A stretch of 56,485 nt of DNA from a virus (Duplodnaviria; Caudoviricetes), in the IMG/VR virus record IMGVR_UViG_3300028025_001707, positions 1 to 56,485 of that record; one strand, 5' to 3'. Position 1 is the stretch's first letter. Each line of letters starts with the position of its first letter. Under the pieces are notes generated by a model that was given only the letters and a program-made list of their open reading frames with translations, made no database searches and was not told the origin of the DNA. The position numbers and the translations under genes were made by a program. Positions 46,305-55,913 of this stretch are shown piece after piece.

Positions 46305-46616
46305 TTACAATATAATTTCTACGAGATAACCTTGTTGTTCGTATGCAATTTGAGCATATTCATGAGCAGTTTCTAATCCTTGTACTTCAGTAGGTTTGAT
46401 TTCTACGTTAATATTCCCCATAGGTACATCTGTAGATAGTACAGCAGCACCGCTTTCGTATGCCTCTTTTGAGGCGTATGTAGCAATACTAACTTCTAAT
46501 GTTTTACCATCTGCTCTACCAGCAAATTCTATTCTACCGTACACGCTATCCATTTCAATAGTTGTGCCTTGAATAGTAATCGTCTTTTCTTCTGTTTTGT
46601 TTATTATTAGTCCCAT
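46305..46616 (-). CDS. Tail-fibre-associated small protein (possible chaperone)
   Basis: Acidic 103-aa ORF right after the fibre gene; assignment by position. Confidence 0.55.
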   Translation of the reverse strand: MGLIINKTEEKTITIQGTTIEMDSVYGRIEFAGRADGKTLEVSIATYASKEAYESGAAVLSTDVPMGNINVEIKPTEVQGLETAHEYAQIAYEQQGYLVEIIL

Positions 46617-46625
46617 AATGTAAAA

Positions 46626-49064
46626 TTAAGCAATTAATCCGTGAGCTTGTAACCTTGCCTGAATTTCTGCAATTCTTGTAACTGCATTAGCCAGTGTTCC
46701 ATCAGATGCTGTTAGTGCAGCACCTTGAAATAATCGTATTATATTTCCGTTTTCTGTTCTGAAGTGTGGTACTGCATTTCCTGCTACTATGTCAGCTGAG
46801 TACTGCTGAAATGAATCAGCAATATTAGTTGACGGTACATTAGGATGATTTCTAACGACAAATGTATTACCACCATCACCCATAAATGTATTTAATCCAG
46901 ATGTTCCTGTGCCATTAGCTATTATATATGCTTGTTGACCTAATAATCCAAATGAACCATTTGATCTTGTTAGTGTAGATGAAGATTGGCTATTAAAGTA
47001 AGTCATGAACACATTATCGGCTAATACATCATTGCCAGAAGTTGTAGTACCTATATGAATTGAATTTGTACCACCAAAATTTGATGCACCTGTGTGGAAA
47101 CCTATTTTTGTAGTATTAGTACCATTTACTCTTCCAGCATATCCAATATTTATAGCATACATTCCAGCTGTATTGCCTAAGGCTCCAACTCTAACGGCTC
47201 CACCAGTTGAACTATCGATAACATTTGATGCTCCAATTAATGTGTTGTAATAATTTGTTGGAGTAAATAAATTTGAAATTGAATATCCTATTGCAATATT
47301 TCCAAAATTTTCATTACTCCATTGAATTAAATTATATGTGTCTGATTTAATCGTACTTAATGCATTATTTGCTGGTCTAAACCAAGTTTGAGTCCCATCA
47401 CCATTAACTGTTAATATATTAGCAGTATCCGCACTATTCCTAACTCTAAACGCTATATCAGTACTCAACGCTCCTTGCGCTCTTACGTCTAGTCTTGCTG
47501 CTGGTGTGGTTGCTCCGATAGAAACATTTCCACTATTGGTAATTTGAAAAATTTGATTACCAGAAGAATTTAAAAATTGAAACCCTAAATTAGCTGATGC
47601 AGATGCCGTTCTAAAATTCATTGATTGATTACCTCCGCCTGGATGTTCAATTTGAATATAAGAAGTAGTTGAGCCTAAAATATTATTAAACCCCATTTTT
47701 AGCGTGGAATTGCAAACAACTCCATCAGGTGGTGCAAAAGTTACAGTACCTGTATTAAATCCAGCGCTTCTGATATTCATCATATCAACTGAACCTGCGG
47801 CATAAGTTACTCTAAACAAATCTTGACCGAAATCATCACTTGATATATGTAACTTAGCTAATGGGGATATTGTTGAAACTCCAATTCTTCCATTTCCTTG
47901 AACAGATAGTATATTAGCAGTGTCAGCTGAATTCCGAACTCTAAAGCCAATATCAGTTGATAACGCTCCCTGAGTACGTACATCTAAACGCACACTTGTT
48001 GAAGGTGTTGCACCTACTCCTAATCGCTTATTTGTATTATCCCAAAATAACGCAGAATCCTGGCCTACAACATTACCTCCATTTTGAAATAATATCCTTC
48101 CAACTGTACCTGAAGCTATAGGTGTTGTGCCTACTGTGATTGATGATGAAGGAGTGATAGGAACCCACAACGACCCGTTGTAACCAAGAACATTACCGTT
48201 TACTGGTGGAGTCGTTATAAGATCCACATCATGGATCTCATCAAGCTCGTATCCGTTCTGAACCCTTACATATATCTGACCGTTACCAGCATTCGCCCTC
48301 TCAACAATACCAGCATACACTAAGTGATTTGGTGCGTATGGCTTAGTAGAAGTAAGAGTACCTGCCGTAGCCCCTACATATAATGTAGCTCCTGGAGAGT
48401 ACATAGATGTATTCAAGTTCTGTATTACACCCTGAGTTATAATAAACCCTGTGCCGTTCGCAGCAATCGAGCTGCTAAACACAAGTCCTACAGTCTTCGC
48501 AGAAGTCGCGTCACTCGTATTCGCAGCAAGCTTAACAGACATCCTGTCCCCTGCTGCTCCAAACGCATACACTGGCTGACCTTTATTTATGGTAACACTG
48601 TCAGCATTAGTTACAAACGCAAACATCTGATTCGGTTTTATACCGATCATCTGGAAGTTAGTCCCATCGTAAACAACCAAAAACTCCTGCCCTACACTTA
48701 TGTCTCCACCTACTATAGGTACATCGTTATTCTTTACAAGATCTACAGCACCAATGCTGTTAATGTTCAACGTAGCACCGTTGACATTACTTGTGTTGAA
48801 CTTTATAATATACGCATCGTTCGTGGTGTAAGATGTAACACCAGTAATAGTTGTAGTGTATATATCAGTTACAGCAGCTGTAGCTGTTCCACTCTTCATG
48901 CCGCCACCCCCACCAGTAGGTACAGACCATGTACCATCACCCCTCAAGAATGTCGTACTATCAGCTGTCCCACTTCCAAGGTTAAATGTAGGGACCTTGT
49001 CCTCCTTAGAGAACGGTATTATCTTGCCTAGGACCCTCTTTAATGGACGTGGAAATATACTCAT
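46626..49064 (-). CDS. Tail fibre/receptor-binding protein
   Basis: TFLRGDGTW, WDNTNKRLGVG, NVSIGATTPAARLDV repeats; Gly/Asn/Thr-rich. Confidence 0.8.
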   Translation of the reverse strand: MSIFPRPLKRVLGKIIPFSKEDKVPTFNLGSGTADSTTFLRGDGTWSVPTGGGGGMKSGTATAAVTDIYTTTITGVTSYTTNDAYIIKFNTSNVNGATLNINSIGAVDLVKNNDVPIVGGDISVGQEFLVVYDGTNFQMIGIKPNQMFAFVTNADSVTINKGQPVYAFGAAGDRMSVKLAANTSDATSAKTVGLVFSSSIAANGTGFIITQGVIQNLNTSMYSPGATLYVGATAGTLTSTKPYAPNHLVYAGIVERANAGNGQIYVRVQNGYELDEIHDVDLITTPPVNGNVLGYNGSLWVPITPSSSITVGTTPIASGTVGRILFQNGGNVVGQDSALFWDNTNKRLGVGATPSTSVRLDVRTQGALSTDIGFRVRNSADTANILSVQGNGRIGVSTISPLAKLHISSDDFGQDLFRVTYAAGSVDMMNIRSAGFNTGTVTFAPPDGVVCNSTLKMGFNNILGSTTSYIQIEHPGGGNQSMNFRTASASANLGFQFLNSSGNQIFQITNSGNVSIGATTPAARLDVRAQGALSTDIAFRVRNSADTANILTVNGDGTQTWFRPANNALSTIKSDTYNLIQWSNENFGNIAIGYSISNLFTPTNYYNTLIGASNVIDSSTGGAVRVGALGNTAGMYAINIGYAGRVNGTNTTKIGFHTGASNFGGTNSIHIGTTTSGNDVLADNVFMTYFNSQSSSTLTRSNGSFGLLGQQAYIIANGTGTSGLNTFMGDGGNTFVVRNHPNVPSTNIADSFQQYSADIVAGNAVPHFRTENGNIIRLFQGAALTASDGTLANAVTRIAEIQARLQAHGLIA
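47395..47990 (-). repeat. Internal ~34-codon duplication in the fibre gene (~47395-47495 and ~47890-47990)
   Basis: RLDVRxQGALSTDIxFRVRNSADTANILxVxGxG occurs twice with many synonymous differences. Confidence 0.85.
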
Positions 49065-49072
49065 GCTAGTTG

Positions 49073-49100
49073 CAAAGGTAGCAAATTTAATCTAAATTTG
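49073..49100. promoter_or_regulatory. Divergent promoter region
   Basis: TACCTTTG (-, 49073-49080) and the inverted repeat CAAATTTA-ATC-TAAATTTG (49082-49100), which gives TAnnTTTG on both strands. Confidence 0.65.
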
Positions 49101-49107
49101 TACATCT

Positions 49108-49635
49108 ATGAGAACTAACAGGTGTAAGAGAAAGGACAAATACAAAATAAGTATAAAGTCCCGTCCGTTCCAAAAACATATCACAAGAAACTACCCAGAC
49201 CATAACTACATGAAGTACTGGAGGGTGATAAGGTACTGGGCATGTCGATACTACGATGTCACCATGATAGAGCTAGAGATACTGTTCTTCCTGCATGATG
49301 AGATGCTGTTCAACAAGACAACGTTCGACTCATACGACAACATATTCAGGTGGGATACAAAGAGGATGGCTAACCTAAAAAGAAAGGGGCTCATCAGAAC
49401 ATTCCGTGAGCCCACTAATAACCAAGCTAGATTGTACGAGCTAAGCTTCAAAGCAAAGAAGATGATTAACTCAATCTATAAAAAGCTAAACGGCGAAGAA
49501 CCAATACCTACTACACCTAGTAGAAACCCTATGTTTAAGAAGAAAGCAGGCTTCACAGATAAGGTCTTCGCCATCGCAATTAGAAACTTTAACAAAGAGT
49601 TTAAAGAATCAAAGCAACATCTCGATACTGAATAA
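49108..49635 (+). CDS. Winged-helix (MarR-like) DNA-binding protein
   Basis: ELEILFFL...LKRKGLI...LYELSFKAK; the only credible + strand gene in the late region, with its own promoter. Confidence 0.6.
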   Translation: MRTNRCKRKDKYKISIKSRPFQKHITRNYPDHNYMKYWRVIRYWACRYYDVTMIELEILFFLHDEMLFNKTTFDSYDNIFRWDTKRMANLKRKGLIRTFREPTNNQARLYELSFKAKKMINSIYKKLNGEEPIPTTPSRNPMFKKKAGFTDKVFAIAIRNFNKEFKESKQHLDTE

Positions 49636-49864
49636 TCCTGTACGACTCTTCACCATTTCGGTAGTCGTGACCTTGGACAGCATCGTAGGCAACAACGTCA
49701 CCCTTATGTATATGCTCAGCAACTAAGTCGCTGACCTCTATAACCTCTGCCTCCTGGTATCGCTGCTTTACAATCTCAGCTCCAGTGAGTAACAACCCAC
49801 TCGCACTCTTCTGCTGCTCTACAACTAGAGGCTTAACTACAATAAAACTATTTAACGCTTTCAT
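49601..49864 (-). CDS. groES: Co-chaperonin GroES
   Basis: MKALNSFIVV...SASGLLL...GDVVAY...YRII..RDV; adjacent to groEL. Confidence 0.85.
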   Translation of the reverse strand: MKALNSFIVVKPLVVEQQKSASGLLLTGAEIVKQRYQEAEVIEVSDLVAEHIHKGDVVAYDAVQGHDYRNGEESYRIIQYRDVALIL

Positions 49865-51446
49865 TCTCTCTTACATTTGTGATTATCGCATTCGTACTAA
49901 GGATCGTAGTGGCTACAGACACAGCGTTCTTAAGTGCGTTCTTAGTTACCTTCGCTGGATCAATAATGCCCATCTTCATCATATCACCTGTCTTCTTATC
50001 CTTTACGTTGTAACCCCTTCCTACACTACCATCGTCAAAGAACTTCTCGTAGTCCAACACCTCGTTTCCATCAACACCAGCGTTCTCACAGATCTTATGG
50101 AATGGAGCCTCGCACGCCTGAGACATAATGTCAAGCGCAACAGATGGGTTACCGTTAACCATAGCCTTAGACGCTGTAAACGCCATTGCGTTCACAAGTC
50201 CTACACCACCACCAGGCAATACACCATCCTCAATCGCAGCCTTAACAGCCAGTACCGCATCGTCAACACGATCCCTCAATTCCTTCTGCTCGATGTCTGA
50301 ACTAGCACCAACGTAGATCATACCTACGCCTCCTGAGATAGAGGCAATGCGCTCGTCCATGAACTTAAGGTTCTCCTCCAACGTCTCCTCCCACTTGCTC
50401 ATCTTAAGCTCCTTAACGTATGCATCAAGGTCCTCATCAGTACCCTCGTTACGCACAATAATCGTACTGTCCTGACTAACGATAATCTTCTTCGCCCTAC
50501 CAAGCCCTGACACTGTACACAACGCTAGGTTGTCACCAGTAGACTCTGAGTAGTAGTGAGCACCCAATGCCTTAGAGATATCTGTCATCATCTCGTCCTT
50601 ACGGTAACCGAAATTAGGTGGGATAATGTTACACACCTTGATCTTGCCCTGCACAACGTTCATGTTAAGTGTAGCTGATACCTGTGGTGACAGCTGACCT
50701 ACAATAAGCAAAGGCTTACCTTCCTTTAACACATGCGCCAGTACGTTCTCTATGTTAGAGAGATTATTAATCTCATGATCCGTAAGTAACACATACGCAT
50801 CCTCCATCACGCACTCCATCTTCTTGTGATCCGTAACGTAGTACTTAGATGTCCATCCTCTTGCCACACGGATACCTTTAATAACCTCAGAGTATGTCTT
50901 CGTGGTCTTAGAGTTCTCTACAATAACATGGCTAACCTGCGAGTACACATCAGCAATCAACTTACCTACAACGGGATCGTTGTTCGCAGAGATCGTCGCT
51001 ACATCAAGCAGCCTCTTACCACTGACCTTCTTAGACATACGTCCAAGCTCCTTCACTACATCGTCTGCAATTGATTGGATCTGTCTTAGTACCTCAGTCT
51101 TGCTGTGCTTGTCTACATCAAAGTAGTCCTCGAACGCATCGATAATAGCCTTGGTAAGCACAATACTAGTCGTAGTGCCATCACCTGCCGACGAAGCTGT
51201 CTTCGATGCTGCCTCCCGTACTAACTGGACCGCTAAGTTTTCTACTGGATCGTACAAGTTGATTGATCGTGCGACAGTCACACCATCCTTTGTAACAGTC
51301 ACGCCACCTATGTGGTGTTCTGACTCTATTAATACCGTCTGACCTGATGGCCCTAACGTAGATGAAACTGCTGCTGATATCTTGTCGATGCCATTTTTCA
51401 GTTTCTTACGTCCACTTTCATCTAAAAATATCTGTTTTACTACCAT
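49848..51446 (-). CDS. groEL: Chaperonin GroEL
   Basis: TLGPSG, VTKDGVTVA, AGDGTTTS, ATISANND, GVLPGGG, GIIDPAKVT; promoter TATATTTG at 51466-51473. Confidence 0.95.
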   Translation of the reverse strand: MVVKQIFLDESGRKKLKNGIDKISAAVSSTLGPSGQTVLIESEHHIGGVTVTKDGVTVARSINLYDPVENLAVQLVREAASKTASSAGDGTTTSIVLTKAIIDAFEDYFDVDKHSKTEVLRQIQSIADDVVKELGRMSKKVSGKRLLDVATISANNDPVVGKLIADVYSQVSHVIVENSKTTKTYSEVIKGIRVARGWTSKYYVTDHKKMECVMEDAYVLLTDHEINNLSNIENVLAHVLKEGKPLLIVGQLSPQVSATLNMNVVQGKIKVCNIIPPNFGYRKDEMMTDISKALGAHYYSESTGDNLALCTVSGLGRAKKIIVSQDSTIIVRNEGTDEDLDAYVKELKMSKWEETLEENLKFMDERIASISGGVGMIYVGASSDIEQKELRDRVDDAVLAVKAAIEDGVLPGGGVGLVNAMAFTASKAMVNGNPSVALDIMSQACEAPFHKICENAGVDGNEVLDYEKFFDDGSVGRGYNVKDKKTGDMMKMGIIDPAKVTKNALKNAVSVATTILSTNAIITNVRENESVK

Positions 51447-51499
51447 ATTTGATTAAATTATGGTGCAAATATAGATGTTTTTAGCAGAAAAACAAACAA

Positions 51500-51715
51500 T
51501 TATTCAATTGGAGGAGTTGGTTTAGGCTCATATGGAATTAAAGGAAGTTCTTTCACCCACATAAACTCAGGATTTACGCATTGGTCTATCTCTTCAACTG
51601 AGATTATCCATTGTTCTGTAATCATCTGAATAGGGTTGAAATAGCTATCCTCATCGTACATCTGACCTACTAATTCGTCTTTCTGCACATCTGTTAAAAG
51701 TCCTACTTGTATCAT
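51500..51715 (-). CDS. Small acidic hypothetical protein
   Basis: 71 aa with ATGA coupling. Confidence 0.7.
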   Translation of the reverse strand: MIQVGLLTDVQKDELVGQMYDEDSYFNPIQMITEQWIISVEEIDQCVNPEFMWVKELPLIPYEPKPTPPIE

Positions 51716-51954
51716 ACGTTTAAAGGTGAATTTAATGTTACCTCAAAAGTTTCAGCTGTTCCTAAAACCACTTGCAAACTTTCATCATAAATAATATACC
51801 AAAACACTGGATTGTCTAAACTTGCTGTTTTATAATCTACCCAATTTTGGGTTACATCTTCAGGTGATACGGGTATTCCATAGTAATTATCACAAGCCTC
51901 TCTTGCGTTAATTGCATCCTGTTCACTCAAGTATTTATATCCTATTACTTCCAT
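51712..51954 (-). CDS. Small acidic hypothetical protein
   Basis: 80 aa with TAATG coupling to the lectin-like gene. Confidence 0.7.
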   Translation of the reverse strand: MEVIGYKYLSEQDAINAREACDNYYGIPVSPEDVTQNWVDYKTASLDNPVFWYIIYDESLQVVLGTAETFEVTLNSPLNV

Positions 51955-53513
51955 TAGTATATTGAATAATAAGAGTTAATATTTGAAAATATTCCATTTC
52001 TACTTGCTGACATATCAGAAACATAATAAATAAATTCTTGTAAATCACCAGCAAAAGCATATCCAGTATAATTACCAAAATTATAAGTTTGCATTGATGT
52101 ACCGTTTTGATGTAAAATAGATTTATATCCGTTCAATATATTATAAACTTGGTTTCTTGTTGTTCCTGTAAATAATGAATTATTCACATATAATGATGGA
52201 GTGCCATAAGCATTATATATATTAGTTGAATTATCACCACTATTTGCAACAAATCCGTAAGCTGTTCCAGAATGATTTGGATATAAATAAGTAGTATCAC
52301 TTGTTTGAGCCACATAATATTGGTCTGTTCTTGCAAATCCGCTTAATAATGTGCTTGTAATTTCATCATTTATACCATCAAATCTCATACAAGGTTTAGT
52401 ACCTCTTGTTAATACTACACCATTATTTACTATTTGTGGCTGATTAGCAGCGGTTGATTGAACAATATCTCTTGCATTACCTGATTGGTCGTACCATTTT
52501 GTAACAAACCCATTACCAGCACCAACAAAAGCAAGTAAGGCAGTTTCATTTAAATTACCATTTGAATCATAACTTATATCTTGTTCTGTATTATCTGAAC
52601 TTCTACGAACACGAATTAAAGCGCTTGTATATGTTGAACTTAATCTTCTAACTGAATAAGCTGCCCCAGCTCCTGAATAATTATCAAGTAATCTATTACC
52701 TATTTCACGGCCGAGGGTTGTTTGGAATGTTTGTACGGCTGTGTATAAGTTTGCTGATTCGGTGTCTGTAAGTCCATCGCCAATTGAGGCGAATGCGTAT
52801 TGACGATTTGAAAAAAAAGCCGAACCAGTTCCAAAATGATAAGCACCAATATAAATTTCAGTATCTAATCTGTTACCATTTGTGCCAGTGTATGTACTAC
52901 CTAATTGAATATTATTTTTAAATAATTTTAAACTTGTACTTGAATTTCTGTTTATTACATAATATCCTTGAGAGTTTGTATTTGCAGTTATTACTCCATT
53001 TAAATGCACTCTTGCGTATATATTTCCATCTGTGACTCTTAACGATAAATCAGTTCTTGCTGAGCCATTTAATCCGCCCATATCAACACTATCAAGTATA
53101 GTATTTGTTCTGGAATAAATTGACAAATGCGCAGAATTATTTGTACTATAAGCTGTGCTTGGTGTTAAAAACGTGTTGGCAAATCCATTTGTGCCGTTTG
53201 GCAATGCTCCATTTGCTGAATGAGTCCACCCACCGTTAAACACCAACCTAAACGCAGCATCCGTATCAAGTGGATTCTTCAAGTTGAACTTGTGAGTACT
53301 TGCCGTTCCTCCAACAAATGGATAGATAGCTTTCATCTTGCTCCAAACACCGTAGCCTTTCAAGTCAACAACCAACTGATTTACCGCACTCTGCTGTGTA
53401 GGGTCTGTTATAGCTGCTGCTGTGATGAATGCCTGAGCGTCTGGGTCGACAGGTGTGCCTCCAGACTGACCGAACAAAAGTATACTTGAACTAAATGGCG
53501 ATATACCGATCAT
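51954..53513 (-). CDS. Virion lectin-like protein: LamG/ConA-like domain plus an arabinofuranosidase-B (GH54)-like domain (start MIGISPF)
   Basis: DPDAQAFITAA..., AAYSVRRLSSTYTSALIRVRRSSDNTEQDI, WYDQSGN; promoter TATCTTTG at 53527-53534. Confidence 0.65.
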   Translation of the reverse strand: MIGISPFSSSILLFGQSGGTPVDPDAQAFITAAAITDPTQQSAVNQLVVDLKGYGVWSKMKAIYPFVGGTASTHKFNLKNPLDTDAAFRLVFNGGWTHSANGALPNGTNGFANTFLTPSTAYSTNNSAHLSIYSRTNTILDSVDMGGLNGSARTDLSLRVTDGNIYARVHLNGVITANTNSQGYYVINRNSSTSLKLFKNNIQLGSTYTGTNGNRLDTEIYIGAYHFGTGSAFFSNRQYAFASIGDGLTDTESANLYTAVQTFQTTLGREIGNRLLDNYSGAGAAYSVRRLSSTYTSALIRVRRSSDNTEQDISYDSNGNLNETALLAFVGAGNGFVTKWYDQSGNARDIVQSTAANQPQIVNNGVVLTRGTKPCMRFDGINDEITSTLLSGFARTDQYYVAQTSDTTYLYPNHSGTAYGFVANSGDNSTNIYNAYGTPSLYVNNSLFTGTTRNQVYNILNGYKSILHQNGTSMQTYNFGNYTGYAFAGDLQEFIYYVSDMSASRNGIFSNINSYYSIY

Positions 53514-53537
53514 TCTTTTTTTTTGACAAAGATAAAC

Positions 53538-53566
53538 AAAAAAAACGCACACCGTTAAGTGTGCGT
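53538..53566 (-). terminator. Intrinsic terminator
   Basis: ACGCACAC-TTAACG-GTGTGCGT followed by a T run. Confidence 0.85.
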
Positions 53567-53590
53567 CTTAGTTATGTAGAGTGGTGGTTG

Positions 53591-53947
53591 TTAAATTTTC
53601 CCGACTATTAATGTCTTTCCATAATCATCATGGTAGAGCGCGATCTTCAAGAATCCTCCGTACTCGTTCTCTACAAACCATACATGTGCAAAGAATTTAC
53701 GGTCTTTCTCTATCTTGTGTGGCTTGCTAATGTCGATCTGGTACTCTGCGAACCATTCTGCTGACATACTATCCATGAACTTGTCGTCTCCGTAGATCAT
53801 TACAGCAGCTGTGTCCTGATCTGTCATGAACCACTCGTAAGGATTTGAGTCCTTAACTTTCTTGTAGTAATTTGGTTCGTCAAACGTTTGTGCTGTGGCG
53901 ATGATACTAACCGATACCATAACTGCCGCTAAAATTGCTTTCTTCAT
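53591..53947 (-). CDS. Secreted protein A (Sec signal peptide)
   Basis: MKKAILAAVMVSVSIIATA|Q; promoter TACATTTG at 53977-53984. Confidence 0.75.
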   Translation of the reverse strand: MKKAILAAVMVSVSIIATAQTFDEPNYYKKVKDSNPYEWFMTDQDTAAVMIYGDDKFMDSMSAEWFAEYQIDISKPHKIEKDRKFFAHVWFVENEYGGFLKIALYHDDYGKTLIVGKI

Positions 53948-53987
53948 AGTTGTTTAATTAAATTGAGTTTCTATTTCAAATGTAGTC

Positions 53988-54026
53988 AAAAAAAAATACC
54001 CACCAAATTTTTTGGCAGGTATTTTT
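53988..54026 (-). terminator. Hairpin/terminator after the 339-aa basic gene
   Basis: AAAAATACC..CCAA / TTGG..GGTATTTTT imperfect stem followed by a T run. Confidence 0.65.
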
Positions 54027-54043
54027 CAAAAAAAATATATTTA

Positions 54044-55063
54044 TCAAGAATAACGCATCTTTCCAGCTTGCATTCTGCCTTTCATGCTAGGTTTCTTCTC
54101 AACTGTTTCATTCATTTTAGACTTACTGAAGTACTTAGTCTTTCCAGCTTGCTCTTTCTTCTCAAACTTCTGTGACTTACGAGTATCTTTCAAAGCACCT
54201 TTAAGCTCCTTCTTGTATCCAGCTTTTGCTTCTGGACTAACATTTAGTTTTGAAGCTCCTTTCATTTCAGATTTAATATCACTACGTAAAGATTTGTATC
54301 CAGCCTTTTTCTCTTTAGAAAAAGCGCCAGCTGCAACATTAGCTCCTTTTTTTACATCCTCTGGAGAATTCTGATCAGCATACTTCTTACTACGTGTATA
54401 AGCACCAGCCAATTTCTCCTCTTTTCTGAACTTACGACCTTCTGAACCTCCAGCTAATCCTCCTTGTGACTTAAGTCTACCAGTTACACTGCCCTGCTTT
54501 TTAAAAGATTTGCTTTTCCCTCCAGGAGCCTCAATAGCTTTAGAAACTGTTTCCTTTCTCTTAGGAGATATTTCCAATTTTCTTGAAGGTGTTGAAGCAG
54601 CAAGCTTTCTAGTCTTCATTACTGGAGAACCCTCCTCAGCGTAACGACGTCTAGACTCAGTCTCATATGCAGCCTTCTCAGTAGTTGGGTTATAGTAATC
54701 AACCTGATATCTAGTAGGTAAACCATTTTCCATTGGTTTAGCCTTATCAGTAGGATCAAAACGAACTTCCTTCGCAAGAAGTTTGCCACCCATTCCGCGC
54801 TCTCTTTCACGGAAAGCCTTCAATTGATCATCTTTAAGTTTTTGATGCTTTGTCTTTTTACCATAACCTTGGTAGTACTCATCTCTAGGTGTGCTACCAT
54901 ATTCTTTCCACTGTCCTTCAGCAGTTGTAGCTCCTTCTGTGAACTTACGCTGACCAGTAACAGTTACAGATGGTGTAGTAGTAACCTTCGGTTTTATACC
55001 AGTATTTTTCTTAGGGTCACCTGGACCTGTTGTTGCCTTACGGCTTGTTCTCATTAATGCCAT
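54044..55063 (-). CDS. Lys-rich basic protein (339 aa)
   Basis: Low complexity and highly basic; promoter TATTTTTG at 55078-55085. Confidence 0.7.
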   Translation of the reverse strand: MALMRTSRKATTGPGDPKKNTGIKPKVTTTPSVTVTGQRKFTEGATTAEGQWKEYGSTPRDEYYQGYGKKTKHQKLKDDQLKAFRERERGMGGKLLAKEVRFDPTDKAKPMENGLPTRYQVDYYNPTTEKAAYETESRRRYAEEGSPVMKTRKLAASTPSRKLEISPKRKETVSKAIEAPGGKSKSFKKQGSVTGRLKSQGGLAGGSEGRKFRKEEKLAGAYTRSKKYADQNSPEDVKKGANVAAGAFSKEKKAGYKSLRSDIKSEMKGASKLNVSPEAKAGYKKELKGALKDTRKSQKFEKKEQAGKTKYFSKSKMNETVEKKPSMKGRMQAGKMRYS

Positions 55064-55087
55064 GACATATTTTTTTACAAAAATAAC

Positions 55088-55116
55088 AAAAAAAAGCCAT
55101 CTGTTAAGATAGCTTT
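55088..55116 (-). terminator. Intrinsic terminator
   Basis: AAGCTATCT-TAAC-AGATGGCTT followed by a T run. Confidence 0.8.
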
Positions 55117-55135
55117 CCTTTGTGTAGTTTAACTG

Positions 55136-55486
55136 TTATTCTAATATCTTGATGTTTACCAAACTTCTTTCTTTATACTTGTAGAACGTGAGTACTGCAT
55201 CCTTATTCTGCTCACTCTTGTAACCCCACTCTTTAATGTCTGCTGAGGTCTTATTGTCGAAGTACTGCTTTGTAGGCTTGCTTACATCAAATCCCTCGTC
55301 CTTCATCCAGCCGTACACTACACTGCTTACTGAATTGTTACCTCCCTTGATGAAGATTGAGCTAGTGTCTCCTGTTACATAGTAGTACTCAAGATCTGGA
55401 GCTTGTTTGTGAGATTTGTAAATCTTCTGTGCTGTGACAATGGAGCTAATAGCCACCATTAATGTCATTAAAATTACCTTCTTCAT
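55136..55486 (-). CDS. Secreted protein B, paralogue of A
   Basis: MKKVILMTLMVAISSIVTA|Q; shares Y/W..T.DT..I.G and DxSKP with A; variant promoter TATATTCG at 55514-55521. Confidence 0.75.
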   Translation of the reverse strand: MKKVILMTLMVAISSIVTAQKIYKSHKQAPDLEYYYVTGDTSSIFIKGGNNSVSSVVYGWMKDEGFDVSKPTKQYFDNKTSADIKEWGYKSEQNKDAVLTFYKYKERSLVNIKILE

Positions 55487-55524
55487 AGTTGTTGTTTAAT
55501 TGAGTTTCTAGAACGAATATAAAC

Positions 55525-55563
55525 AAAAAAAAATACTCACCAAAATTTTTAGCGAGTATTTTT
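55525..55563 (-). terminator. Hairpin/terminator, homologue of 53988-54026
   Basis: AAAATACTC..GAGTATTTT stem followed by a T run. Confidence 0.65.
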
Positions 55564-55580
55564 AAAAAAATGTAAAAAAA

Positions 55581-55913
55581 TTACTTTTTACCCTTATTCA
55601 TACCGAATTTAGAAGGAGGAGTAACTTTAACGTTAGCGCTTTTCAACTTCTGAGGAGTAACACCACCCTTGTAGTTTACAACTCGACCATCAGACAACAC
55701 AAGCTGTCCTTTAGCGTTAGTCTTGTAGCTTCCAGCTTTAGCAATCTTTCTAGCTTCAGTTCTTGCAGTTGCTTCAGATTGTGCTTTAGCAACTCCAGCA
55801 GCCATAGATTTCTCTGTAGCCTTCTTTGCAGTGTAACGTCCCATCGCCTCAGATTGCGCTTGAGCAGCAGTCTTCTTTACAGGCTTATCAGGATTTGTTG
55901 TTTTTGTTCTCAT
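55581..55913 (-). CDS. Lys/Ala-rich basic protein (110 aa)
   Basis: AQSEA repeated; start context shared with the 339-aa basic gene. Confidence 0.7.
   Translation of the reverse strand: MRTKTTNPDKPVKKTAAQAQSEAMGRYTAKKATEKSMAAGVAKAQSEATARTEARKIAKAGSYKTNAKGQLVLSDGRVVNYKGGVTPQKLKSANVKVTPPSKFGMNKGKK

Noticed and set aside
46626-49064. Fibre duplication as a diversity-generating retroelement TR/VR pair
   Set aside because: The differences are mostly synonymous and not adenine-specific, and there is no reverse transcriptase in the window.
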